Shown: one piece after another, positions 11,296 to 23,225 of the stretch
Numbering within the stretch: position 1 is the stretch's first letter
How the letters are laid out: every line of letters begins with the position of its first letter
Source of the DNA: Octopus sinensis
Taxonomy: Eukaryota
Direction of reading: 5' to 3'
Assembly: GCF_006345805.1 (NCBI RefSeq)
Contig: NC_043008.1
Coordinates: 21,328,001 to 21,392,000 of the forward strand
DNA length: 64,000 nt
The notes under the pieces: generated by a model
The model's input: only the letters and a program-made list of their open reading frames with translations
Told to the model about the DNA's origin: nothing
Databases searched by the model: none
Made by a program: the position numbers and the translations under genes

Positions 11296-11694
11296 ACTAG
11301 CAGTATCGCCCGGCGTTGCTCGGGTTTGTAAGGGAAATAACTATATAAGCATTTTTAGAGAGTTATAGCCAAAAAATAGCAAAAAAATGCATTAAAAATG
11401 GAAAAAAAATGATGGTAAATTTTTTTAAAAATCGTTGACTCATCGTAGACATTTTTAGAGAGTTACTTCCCTTATATAATAGCGAAAAAATGCATTAAAA
11501 TGGAAAAAATGATGGTAAATTTTTTTTAAAATCGTAGACTCATCGTAGACGCGCGCTAATACCCAGAAGGGATCGATATGAATCACGACTATAAGATACC
11601 CACTTTTGGTTAAACTGCACCGCAAAATGTGGGAGTAGTTAGGAAACTAAATCGTAGGAGACAGACACACAACTTCTCTTTTATATATAAAGAT
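11296..11694 (+). mobile_element. Helentron-associated / DINE-1-like non-autonomous element
   Basis: 5' ACTAGCAGTATCGCCCGGCGTTGCTCGGG with hairpin; internal ~100-bp tandem duplication; 3' GACAGACACACAACTTCTCTTTTATATATAAAGAT. Confidence 0.7.
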
Positions 11695-12089
11695 ATCATA
11701 ACTCTGCTGCTCTACGAAATATTTAACTACACGCGCTTGTTCACTCACACAGATACACACACACATGCACGCATGCGTACACGTACTTATACACATACTT
11801 GCACACATCCATTTATATATAGGAAGACAGATCGACGATAACAGGTGGAAGGAATGTGTTTATAAGGAAAATTTTATATACAAATCACATGATACGCAGC
11901 TCTTCGTATAAATACATTCCTTGCGTCTGTTATTGTTTATCTGTCTTTCCATTTCCAAAACGGTTTCAAGGTGGTTGCTGTTCTCCCCGACTCTCTGCCT
12001 ATCCATTACTATCGAATCATCAAGGTTCGTATATTACCGAGATCCGCTTGGTGATTATCAACACGAAATATTTGAGAATTTCTGCACAT

Positions 12090-12245
12090 AGGCGCGATCG
12101 TGGCTGTGTGGTAAGAAGTTTGCCTCCCAACCACATGGTTCTGGGTTCGGTCCCACTATGTGCAAATGCCTTCTTCTATAGCCTTGATCAATCAAAGCCG
12201 TGCAGGTGGATTTGATAGAGGGAAACTGAAAGAAGCCCGTCGTAT
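12090..12245 (+). mobile_element. 5' half of SINE group B
   Basis: AGGCGCGATCGTGGCTGTGTGGTAAGAAGTTTGCCTCCCAACCACATGGTTCTGGGTTCGGTCCC...GAAACTGAAAGAAGCCCGTCGTA. Confidence 0.8.
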
Positions 12246-12247
12246 GA

Positions 12248-12375
12248 TGGATCGCTAGCCACTACACATTCTTTATTTTCTCTCCTTGTTTCTTTCTGTG
12301 TTCCTTTCTGTGGAAGAGTGTAGGCTCGAAACATTAACGACTTTTTCACTTCCCGAGCGTTAAACTAATACACCT
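12248..12375 (+). mobile_element. Short interspersed repeat carrying a hammerhead-like motif (Penelope-related, inferred)
   Basis: GATCGCTAGCCACTACACATTCTTTATTTTCTCTCC...CTGTGGAAGAGTGTAGGCTCGAAAC; reverse-oriented copies at ~32860-33030 and ~42775-42900. Confidence 0.65.
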
Positions 12376-12829
12376 GTTTCACTCATTAGACTATGGCCAC
12401 GCTGGGGCAACGCCTTGAAACGTTCCAATCAGAGAATCCATCCCAGAACTTATTTTCACATTATTTTTTAAAGCTTCGTACCTATTCTATCGGTAACTTC
12501 TGCCGAACCGCTTGTTAACCCGGACTTAAACACACCAACACCGGTTACCAAGCAGAGGTTGAGGGCAAACACAGACACAAAGACGCACACGTATATATAT
12601 ACGCAGAGGTAACTGTGTTGTAAGAAGCTTGCTTCCCAACCACGTGGTTCCAGGTTCAGTCCCACTGCGTGATACCTTGGGCAAATGTCTTCTACTATAT
12701 CCTTGCGCCGACCAAAGCCTTGTGAGTGGATTTGGTAGACGGAAACTGGAAGAAGTCCGTCGTATAAATTCTCTGATTGGAACATTTCAAGGCGTTGCCC
12801 CAGCGTGGCCATAGTCTAATGACTGAAAC
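12376..12829. mobile_element. Rearranged SINE group B with inverted duplicated tails
   Basis: 62-bp arms 12376-12437 and 12768-12829 are reverse complements at 60/62 positions. Confidence 0.75.
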
Positions 12830-12876
12830 AAATAGAAGAAAACATTGAAAGATATGGTCTCAATATATATACGTGT

Positions 12877-12932
<56 letters not shown>

Positions 12933-13489
12933 ATGTGTGAGTGAGATACGAAACGAGAAACGCTTCTCAGAGTCGGTAAAAAAGAATAGAGATTCCTTTA
13001 TCCTTTTGTTTCTGTTTTTGTCGTCTTCCACAGATGAAATCTGAGGCCCCGAAACATAACCATATTATTTTCCACACGACTCATAAACTTAGAGAGATTC
13101 ACATATTTCTTTCTACAAACTAACGAACCTCTTGTTAATTACTGTTTGCGGCTAATTAAGGTATTGGAGTAGCACAAACTGTCGGGCATCGCAGTATTTA
13201 GTTTCCTCTTGAAACGTTCCGAGTAAATCCGATTAATTATGCAACAGCCATCTCTTTGCAAATCGCTAACTTTGTGTCTCTGGGGAACCGCACTGTATAA
13301 TTACCATTCCATTCGTACACACTCTCAATTCGATAATCAATCATACATTTCCTGCTCTAAATGTGTGGACATGTGTTATTCACTCACGTATGTCCGTGTG
13401 TCAAACATGTAGTCATGTGACCACGATGCTTGATGATTGGTTGAGTTTGTAAGAGTTTCGGCCATAATTATTTAGCCGAACCGTTAAGT

Positions 13490-13658
13490 TACAGAGGCTT
13501 CTGTGGTGAGGAGTTTGCTTCCTAGCCACACGGTTCCGGGTTCAGTCCCACTGTGTGACACTTCTGCTATAGTCAGTCCCGGGCCGACTAAAGCATTGTG
13601 AGATTGTGAGTGGATTTGGTAGGCGGAAACTGAAAGATGTACGTCTTATCTGTGTGTG

Positions 13659-13660
<2 letters not shown>
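13490..13660 (+). mobile_element. Degenerate SINE group B 5' half
   Basis: GTGGTGAGGAGTTTGCTTCCTAGCCACACGGTTCCGGGTTCAGTCCCACTG...GGCGGAAACTGAAAG. Confidence 0.75.
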
Positions 13661-13695
<35 letters not shown>

Positions 13696-13701
<6 letters not shown>

Positions 13702-13852
13702 CAAAAATAAGCAACAAGATTTGAAAGCTTTTATAGTATTTGAAAACCTATATGAAATTAGCTGAAGAATACTCAGCATCTTAAATCTGCTGTAATATTT
13801 ACAGCTTTTAATAAAATGTTGTAGTATGAAACAATTGTACTAAATTACCGAG
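13696..13852. mobile_element. Foldback MITE copy related to 42926-43092, truncated by the gap
   Basis: TATAATCAAAAATAAGCAACAAGA start and TTTAATAAAATGTTGTAGTATGAAACAATTGTACTAAATTACCG match the palindrome arms. Confidence 0.7.
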
Positions 13853-13952
13853 NNNNNNNNNNNNNNNNNNNNNNNNNNNNNNNNNNNNNNNNNNNNNNNN
13901 NNNNNNNNNNNNNNNNNNNNNNNNNNNNNNNNNNNNNNNNNNNNNNNNNNNN
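13853..13952. other. Assembly gap (100 N)
   Basis: Run of N. Confidence 1.
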
Positions 13953-14763
13953 GGCTTCTAAAGAATAAGTCCCAGGGCCGATTTGCTCGACTAAAAGCGG
14001 TACTCCAGCATGGCCGCAGTCAAATGACTGAAACAAGTATAAGGGTAAAAGAGAATATACCGTTTCTGCTTCCTTCAAGACGAGAAATTTATCTTCCCTA
14101 ACCATGCAATCAATCTCCAAAGATGACTACAGATTCATTGCGTTTCCTTATTCCTTTTTGAAATGTTTAGAATCTGTGTTTTCACTTTTTCTTGTCTTTT
14201 TTTGTTTTCCTTTTAGTTATACTTGATCTGAAACTGTATTTTTGAAACTGTATCAGAGAAGAAGCTGCAGTTATGCGACGAATATTTCGATAGAAAATTA
14301 AAGCGAGCTTCTTATCCACACAGCCACTCCTATACTATTTTCTGTTCTTCTTTTCAAACCACTGCTAAGTAGAGGCCATGACAGAAACAGACGGAAGCAG
14401 GAGGCGCTCCAGTATGACCACAGTCCAATGACTGAAACAAGTAAGAGATAAAAGGTTCACTAGAGTTTTTTTTCATCATTTTTGATGTTTAACCCCCAGG
14501 ATTTATTGCCAGAAAGAGCCGCTGAAATTATTATGATTCTTACGGAGAAAGGGAGTTTTTGTTGTTGCTAAAAATTTAAGGTGTTGTTACTATGATCTTC
14601 GTAGATTTACAAACAAGCCTTAATTTTGCTAAAGCTTCTGCTCTTAAATCCACATGTCATGTTAAAATGTTCTAACGATTCAAGGACAAAGCGTAAGATA
14701 ATATAAAATTCTGTTGTATTAATACTAATAATAAACTCACGGGAGTGATGGGTAAAACTTTTA

Positions 14764-14982
14764 CCCATCAGTAGATAGACTTCGCGCCACCTGCCTGTAC
14801 TTCTGCCTGGCTATTCGAATTCGTTTCTGTTGTATAGTGAAACTGTACACCCTCCCGGTAAAAAGTGGTAGTAACCAGCCATTATAAATAGACCAGTAAC
14901 AGGTCGACAAAAGGAAGGTCAGAAGTTCGAGAGTACGTGTAGATTGTGTTGATAGTCGTGTCTGTACTGATATAGTGATCAT
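14764..14982 (-). CDS. Candidate first coding exon of an unknown protein (speculative)
   Basis: Unique non-repetitive sequence; ATG at 14982 opens MITISVQTRLSTQSTRTLELLTFLLSTCYWSIYNGWLLPLFTGRVYSFTIQQKRIRIARQKYRQVARSLSTD, ending at possible donor GG|GTAAAA; no homology recognised. Confidence 0.2.
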
Positions 14983-15442
14983 AATGTGATACTGAATGGA
15001 TGTTATATAGATCCGATCTTTTGAGAATAATAACACTGTACGACCCACGGTCGTACAGTGCCAGATTGAACCATTCTATCGACGACTTCGGAATATAACA
15101 ATATCTGTCAGAGCGACAACCGTCGTCAAAAGACACATACAACAGTGGTAAAAGACCGCTTTACAAGTTTCGGAGGTCAGGCGAGTATATGACACTGTTG
15201 AGCAGAAGATACTGCAAAATATCGATATATAGAATTTTCGTTCGTTTCTGGGGTTGGTGTCGTTTCGCCTATCATTGGAGTATACAGTGTTCTTAAGCGC
15301 TATATGTCTTTAAAGGAGGGTCCCTTAGACGAAATACCGCAGCTACAAGAGTTTAACAACACGCGTACATTAAATAGGTGTCATTGTTAATGTTTACATT
15401 ATTTGATCTACTAACAAAGAGTTTGAATATATATATATATAA

Positions 15443-15476
<34 letters not shown>

Positions 15477-16215
15477 AGAGAGATACACAACACACGTACG
15501 CACACTCATACAAATAAGTATGTGTACGTCTGTGTGTATGTTTTTGTGTATTTACGTGAGTAACAGGACATTTTTCAGTGAATAGAAAATGTGTGAGAAT
15601 AATTTCTTTAAAGCTATCTTGACATGTCTTTCTCTGCACATTTCAATTACATTTATTTATCGATCTTTACTGAGTCACAATTATGAGATTCCATTGAAAA
15701 GAACGTTAGTCTTAGTCTTCAGACATCATTCTGTTCTACAATTTTAATGGCGGTAATGAATCTGGAAGGAAGTGCCACAACTGGGCCTGAATGTCGTGAG
15801 TACTTGTGAATATGGTTGGGTGGAGTTGTTTCCTGTGGTTAGCGGTAGTTGTGTCTGTATTAAGCAGTTGGGAAAGAGAAAACTAATTGACTACCAAATA
15901 ACGAAATAGCACATCGATATCTTTGCTGTTATATTCCTGTAGAAATGCGAAGAAAATAAAAAACGCTTGCTTGGCTTGCTTGATTCCTGGTTACTGTGTT
16001 TCTAAGCGTGCGTGTATGTGTAAGAGGGAGAGAGAGAGAGAGAGAGGAAGAGAGAGTTAATATGTGTGTCTGTGTTTGTATGTGCGTGCGTGTGTGGTGT
16101 GTGTATATATATGTATTTTGATATAATTTTCAATTTTTTTTACTCGACATAACCGGTCAATAACCAAGCTTTTCATAGATGTTTAAACAGTATTAAGAAA
16201 ACGGCCATATCTATT

Positions 16216-16249
<34 letters not shown>

Positions 16250-16252
16250 CAG

Positions 16253-16310
16253 TCTATGTATGTATGTATGTATGTATGTATGTATGTATGTATGTATGTA
16301 TGTATGTATG

Positions 16311-16347
<37 letters not shown>

Positions 16348-16500
16348 GTGTGTATCTCTCCCTCTCTCCCCCTCTCTCTCTTTATCTTTGTTTGTCTATC
16401 TACCTATCTCTCTCCCTTTCTATCCCCCTCTTTCTCTCTCTATCTATTTAGTTATCTGTCTCTCCCATTATGTGCATCCATCCGTCCGTCCGTATGTTTT

Positions 16501-16575
<75 letters not shown>

Positions 16576-16624
16576 CTTCTATCTATCTATCTATCTATCT
16601 CTTTCTCTCTCTCTCTCTCTCTCT

Positions 16625-16702
<78 letters not shown>
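16253..16702. repeat. (TATG)n/(TATC)n/(CT)n compound microsatellite
   Basis: Direct inspection. Confidence 0.95.
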
Positions 16703-16879
16703 GAATCTCTCTATATTTATCTATCTACACATGTATCTGTGTGTGTGTGTGCGTGCGTGTGTGTGCATGAGTGTATAGATAAGTAAAAAAAGATACAGAA
16801 TCATACTCTCATTATATGTGTGTGTGGGTGTGTGCATGTGTGCGTGTATGTGTGCGTGTGTTGTGTGTGTGTATGTGTG

Positions 16880-17020
16880 CGTATGTGTATCTTTGTGTTG
16901 TCTGTATTTGTCCCCTACCACCATTTGACAACCGGTGTTGGTATGTTTACGTCCCCGTTACTTAGCGGTTTCGGCAAAAACGACCATAGAATAAGTATCA
17001 AGCTTACCAAAAAAAAAAAA
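16880..17020 (+). mobile_element. 3' half of SINE group B
   Basis: TTTGTCCCCTACCACCATTTGACAACCGGTGTTGG...TTAGCGGTTTCGGCAAAAACGACCATAGAATAAGTA. Confidence 0.75.
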
Positions 17021-17841
17021 AAAAAATTAAGAGAGATTTGGCTGCTATTTGTAGTAGCTCATGTTATCTTAAACATACTCCTGTGTGTATGTATGTATTT
17101 TGTTGTGGTGAAAAAAAAATGTTTACTCAGAATATTTTGCAAAATAATTTTTAAAGAAATCTAGACATCTTTCTTACTACTTATTAACCATTCAACTTCA
17201 GATTACAATTGTTAAGCGTTGGAAGTCAAGTAAACTGAGATGTATATATATACAGTTATCGTATAGAATGGAAGTTCAATACGATGTTTTGAATTCATTA
17301 TCTTGTGGTTAGTAATCCATTACCTTAAATTCGAAGCCATTAAGTCTTTAAACATTATTTTACTGGGTTAAGTTTTTCCACTGTCACCATGATAAGTATC
17401 ACCTTCAAAAGTTTAATTAATCATACTGACCTTAGTACGTATTTCAATCTCCTTGGGCAAATGTTTTCTACTATAGCCTTAGGCCAACCACAGACTTGTA
17501 ACTAAATTTGGTACAAGGAAACTGCAGCGCTGTTCATCAGAAAATGACTGTAAAACATGTTTGTGAAGAAGAGGTGTTTGCTTCATACTCCTCGTGTGCC
17601 GACTCTGCCCATTACAAAGGAACAAATATTACAATGTGACTGTAGGTCATAACACCCGGGCAACGCCGAGGTGCATTTCTTGTATATGTGTGTGTGTGTG
17701 TGTGAAATAGGTATTATTAGCAAATATATTTTAGGTCGTCTTTTAAGCAATTTAAATAGTGAATTAAATTTACGGATTTGGAAAAACAGCAGGTCAGTGA
17801 TAAATTGGTTCAAAGGAATTAGCCAGAAGCATAACTGAAAA

Positions 17842-18105
17842 TTTACGCAATTTGATATTGTCGATTTTCACCCGTCAATATCTAGGCCTTTGTTGCTAAA
17901 AGCATTAGACTTCGCCAAGCAGTATGTCACCATCGATAGGTCGGAAATAGATATTATCCTGCATGCAAGGAAATCCCTTCTTTTCTACGATGATTCCACC
18001 TGAGTCAAAAAGTGTGAGGATTCTCTTTTCGATCTACCGTTGGGGGCATATGACGGGGCGGAGTTGTGTATGCTTATAGAAACTTATATTTTGCATAACC
18101 TGCAT
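17842..18105 (+). pseudogene. Penelope-like element reverse transcriptase fragment
   Basis: Translates [86 protein letters not shown]; the FDIVDFYPSI and MGSYDGAE-like motifs of PLE RTs; one in-frame stop. Confidence 0.8.
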
Positions 18106-18239
18106 CTACAATTGCCTTTTATAGATGCAGGAGTTATGCACTGGTGTCGATATAATCGACTTAATTCCTTTGTCTGTCTTTGTTTGTTCCCGTTATGTTT
18201 AGTCCCTGTGGGCAATAAAGAAATAAATGTATGTAAATT

Positions 18240-18367
18240 TATATCGCGGACTCCTCAGTATATCGCGGGTTTCTGCGGCCTATAGGTATTTATATTTTTT
18301 TAGATTTTAATTATTTCTGTGAGAGGTTTTGGAACGTAACAACCGCGATAATCGAGGGATTACTGTA
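18240..18367 (-). mobile_element. pogo/Tigger-like MITE fragment
   Basis: Reverse complement TA-CAGTAATCCCTCGATTATCGCGGTTGTTACGTTCC, same terminus as 5413-5616. Confidence 0.65.
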
Positions 18368-18379
18368 TTATGTGTTTGT

Positions 18380-21300
18380 GTATACGTACGTGTGTTAGGT
18401 TGGTCGTGTCTGTGTATGTGCATGTGAGTGTGTATGTGTGTGCGAGTGTGTATGTATGTGCGAATGTATGTATGTGTGTGCATGTGTGTGAGTGTGCATG
18501 TGTGTGTGTGCGAGTGTGTATGTATGTTCGAGTGTGTATATGTGCGTGAGTATATGCGTGTATATATGTATGTGTGAGTGCCAACGCGTGTGTAAGTGGA
18601 TATGTGAGTAAAAGTGGACGTATGTATGTTCGAGTGTGCATGTGTGTGTGTTAGAATGTATATGTATGTGTGAGTGCGTAAGTGTGTGTAAGTGTAAAGA
18701 TGTATGGGTGTGATTTGTGTATGTGTGTGTGTATGTATGTATGAGATGAGCAAGTACGTGTGTGTGTGTATGTATGTATATGTGTTTGAGATGAGTGGTG
18801 GAGTGCGTAAGTGTGTGTAAGTGTAAAGATGTATGGGTGTGATTTGTGTATGTGTGTGTTGTATGTATGTATGAGATGAACATACGTGTGTGTGTGTGTA
18901 TGTATGTATATGTGTTTGAGATGAGTGTGTGTAAGTGCGTAAGTGTGTCAAAGTGTAAAGATGTATGGGTGTGATTTGTGTATGTGTGTGTATGTATGTA
19001 TGAGATGAACAAGTACGTGGTGTGTGTGCGTATGTATATGTGTTTGAGATGAGTGTGTAGTGCGTACGTGTGTCAAAGTGTAAAGATGTATGGGTGGTGG
19101 ATTTGTGTATGTGTGTGTGTATGTATGTATGAGATGAACAAGTACGTGTGTGTGTGCGTATGTATATGTGTTTGAGATGAGTGTGTAGTGCGTAAGTGTG
19201 TCAAAGTGTAAAGATGTTGGGTGTGATTTGTGTATGTGTTGTTGTATGTATGTATGAGATGAGCAAGTACGTGTGTGTGTGTGTATGTATGTATATGTGT
19301 TTTTGAGATGATTGTGTAAGTGCGTACGTGTGTCAAAGTGTAAAGATGTATGGGTGGATTTGTGTATGTGTGTGTGTATGTATTATGATGAAAAATGAAC
19401 AAGTACGTGTGTGTGTGCGTATGTATATGTGGTTGAGATGAGTGTGTAAGTGCGTACGTGTGTCAAAGTGTTAAAGATGTATGGGTGTGATTTGTGTATG
19501 TGTGTGTGTATGTATGTATGAGATGAACAAGTACGTGTGTGTGTGTATGTATGTATATATGTGTTTGAGAAGTGAGTGTGTAAGTGCGTACGTGTGTCAA
19601 AGTGTAAAGATGTATGGGTGTGATTGTGTATGTGTGTGTGCATGTATGTATGAGATGAACAAGTACGTGTGTTGTGTTGTATGTATGTATATGTGTTTGA
19701 GATGAGTGTGTAAGTGCGTACGTGTGTCAAGTGTAAAGTTATGGGTGTGATTGTGTATGTGTGTGTGTATGTATGGTATGAGATGAACAAGTACGTGTGT
19801 GTGTATGTATGTATATGTGTTTGAGATGAGTGTGTAAGTGCGTAAGTGTGTCAAAGTGTAAAGATGTATGGGGTGATTTGTGTATGTGTGTGTGTATGTA
19901 TGTATGAGATGAACAAGTACGGGTGTGTGCGTATGTATGTGTTTGAGATGAGTGTGTAAGTGCGTACGTGTGTCAAAGTGTAAAGATGTATGGGTGTGAT
20001 TTGTGTATGTGTGTGTGTATGTATGTATGAGATGAACAAGTACGTGTGTGTGTGTATGTATGTATATGTGTTTGAGATGAGTGTGTAAGTGCGTAAGTGT
20101 GTGTAAGTGTAAAGATGTATGGGTGTGATTTGTGTATGTGTGTGTGTATGTATGTATGAGATGAACAAGTACGTGTGTGTGTGCGTATGTATATGTGTTT
20201 GAGATGAGTGTGTAAGTGCGTACGTGTGTCAAAGTGTAAAGATGTATGGGTGTGATTTGTGTATGTGTGTGTGTATGTATGTATGAGATGAACAAGTACG
20301 TGTGTGTGTGCGTATGTATATGTTTTGAAGATGAGTGTGTAAGTGCGTACGTGTGTCAAGGTGTAAAGATGTGTATGGGTGTGATTTGTGTATGTGTGTG
20401 TGGTATGTATGTATGAGATGAACAAGACGTGTGGTGTGTGCGTATGTATATGTGTTGAGATGAGTGTGTAAGTGCGTACGTTGTGTCAAAGTGAAAGATG
20501 TATGGGTGTGATTTGTGTAGTGTGTGTGTATGTATGTATGAGATGAACAAGTACGTGTGTGTGTGTATGTATGTATATGTGTTTGGATGAGGTGTGAAGT
20601 GCGTAAGTGTGTGTAAGTGTAAAGATTTATGGGTGGTGATTTGTGTATGTGTGTGTGTAGTATGTATGAGATGAACAAGTACGTGTGTGTGTGCGTATGT
20701 ATATGTGTTTGAGATGAGTGTGTAAGTGCGTACGTGTGTCAAAGTGTAAAGATGTATGGTGTGATTTGTGTATGTGGTGTGTGTATGTATGTAGAGAAGA
20801 TGAACAAGTACGTGTGTGTGTGCGTATGTATATGTGTTTGAGATGAGTGTGTAAGTGCGTACGTGTGTCAAAGTGTAAAGATGTATGGGTGTGATTTGTG
20901 TATGTGTGTGTGTATGTATGTATGAGATGAACAAGTACGTGTGTGTGTGCGTATGTATATGTGTTTGAGATGAGTGTGTAAGTGCGTACGTGTGTCAAAG
21001 TGTAAAGATGTATGGGTGTGATTTGTGTATGTGTGTGTGTATGTATGTATGAGATGAGCAAGTACGTGTGTGTGTGTATGTATGTATATGTGTTTGAGAT
21101 GAGTGTGTAAGTGCGTACGTGTGTCAAAGTGTAAAGATGTATGGGTGTGATTTGTGTATGTGTGTGTGTATGTATGTATGAGATGAGCAAGTAGGGTGGT
21201 GTGTTATGTATGTATATGTTTTGAGATGAGTGTGTAAGTGCGTAAGTGTGTCAAAGTGTAAAGATGTATGGGTGGTGATTGTGTATGTGTGTGGTATGTA

Positions 21301-21745
21301 TGAGATGAGCAAGTACGTGGTGTGTGTATGTATGTATATGTGTTTGAGATGAGTGTGTAAGTGCGTACGTGTGTCAAAGTGTAAAGATGTATGGGTGTGA
21401 TTTGTGTATGTGTGTGTGTATGTATGTATGAGATGAGCAAGTACGTGTGTGTGTGTATGTATGTATATGTGTTTGAGATGAGTGTGTAAGTGCGTACGTG
21501 TGTCAAAGTGTAAAGATGTATGGGTGTGATTTGTGTATGTGTGTGTGTATGTATGTATGAGATGAGCAAGTACGTGTGTGTGTGTATGTATGTATATGTG
21601 TTTGAGATGAGTGTGTAAGTGCGTACGTGTGTCAAAGTGTAAAGATGTATGGGTGTGATTTGTGTATGTGTGTGTGTATGTGTGTATGAGATGAACAAGT
21701 ACGTGTGTGTGTGCGTATGTATATGTGTTTGAGATGAGTGTGTAC
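18380..21745. repeat. ~127-129-bp tandem satellite, roughly 24 units, with a GT-rich degenerate left flank
   Basis: Unit GAGATGAGTGTGTAAGTGCGTACGTGTGTCAAAGTGTAAAGATGTATGGGTGTGATTTG...GAGATGAACAAGTACGTG...; successive starts at 20840, 20967, 21096. Confidence 0.95.
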
Positions 21746-21749
21746 GTGC

Positions 21750-21786
<37 letters not shown>

Positions 21787-22599
21787 CATGAGGTGTGAGT
21801 GGGAAATCCGAAAGAAATACGAAAGCAAAAAGAAAAAACGAAAAACGAAAAATCGACGTATATCAGGTGATTAATCCCTTTCAAATGATTGGCCAACACC
21901 AAGCAAAGGTGAAAGCGAGGTACGAAGAATATGTGGGATCTGAACATATTTTATCAAGATGTCTGCTGACCATAGTCCCATTTCTCTGGTGCAAAAGAGA
22001 GATTTACGGTGTCGCAAAAAAAAAAAAAGAGAAAGAAAAGAAAACTACCACTCCACAAAAATCAATCGATCGATCGATAGATCGATCGCTGAATGAATTG
22101 TCGTTAAGATATTCTGATTTATATGAGCCTCCAATGATTATCCACATAAATGGATGCTAAACATTGGCGAAAACATATCGTTGAAGGCATTATGAAGATT
22201 AACGTGAGATGGAAAGACTTTACGATTTTAAGTTTGTGTCGTTTGTCCCCTGTTGTTGGTGCTGTTGTAGTTGTTGTTGTTGTTCTTGCGGTGGAGCTCT
22301 TCTTAGTTGCTGTTGTTGTTGTTGTTGTCGTTGTTGTTGTAATAGGTGGGTGTTCTTAACCGTTTTCTGATCCTGTGTTCGTTAGTAGCAAACATCATTT
22401 AGCGACAGCAACAAAAGTAACAACGATAGGAAAAGAAATGATGACGACAATAAAACAAAACTAAAGAAACAATAACGACAAAACTAAAACAGTAACATCA
22501 AGAATATTAACAACAATAACAACAAAAAATATAGAAAACAACAACAAGGACAGAAAATACAATAAAACCAACAAAAACACGAAACAAAAAAACAGCAAC

Positions 22600-22780
22600 T
22601 ATCACCATGATCACCACCACCACACATTGCCTCACCACCATCACGCATCCCCCCAACCACACATCCCCCAACCACGCATCCCCCCACGAGTCCCCCCACC
22701 ATGCATCCTCACCACCACCACCACCACCACCACCACCACCACCACCACCACTACCAGCACCACAACCAACAGCAACAGCA
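22600..22780. repeat. (CAC)n/(CCA)n-rich repeat
   Basis: Direct inspection. Confidence 0.9.
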
Positions 22781-23169
22781 ACATTGCTTTTGTAATTTTT
22801 TAAAAGTATTCTTCATCATTACTGTTCTTGTAGTTCTTAACACTTTTTTGGTACTAAAACTGTTGTGATTCACTATACATTGTTGTTGTTCTTGTTGTTG
22901 TTAGGCATTGTTTATTATTGTTGCTGTCATTTATGATCCCATTCTCACAGCCAATGCGGTCAAAAACCTCTTCCGTTCGTTTGATTCGAAATACGAATGT
23001 AATATCGCATGTTCTGAGTTCAAATTACACCCAGGTCGACGTTGACTTGCTTACTGTCGTGATCGATAAAATAAATACCAGTCAAGTACGTGTGACATAC
23101 CAGTTAAGACAATCTTTTGCACTTCCTGCATGGATGGTATGCCAAGGTATCATACTTTAATAATTTTCA

Positions 23170-23209
<40 letters not shown>

Positions 23210-23225
23210 TATTATTATTATTATT

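Noticed and set aside
16256-16786. 176-aa ORF (MYVC/YLSI repeats) and similar ORFs at 35349-36118, 40434-41190, 47152-47639, 56598-56908 and 59445-59902
   Set aside because: Pure microsatellite translations
18307-21947. Many 100-250 aa His/Thr/Tyr-rich ORFs
   Set aside because: They are translations of the GT-rich satellite, open in several frames only because the unit lacks stops on that strand
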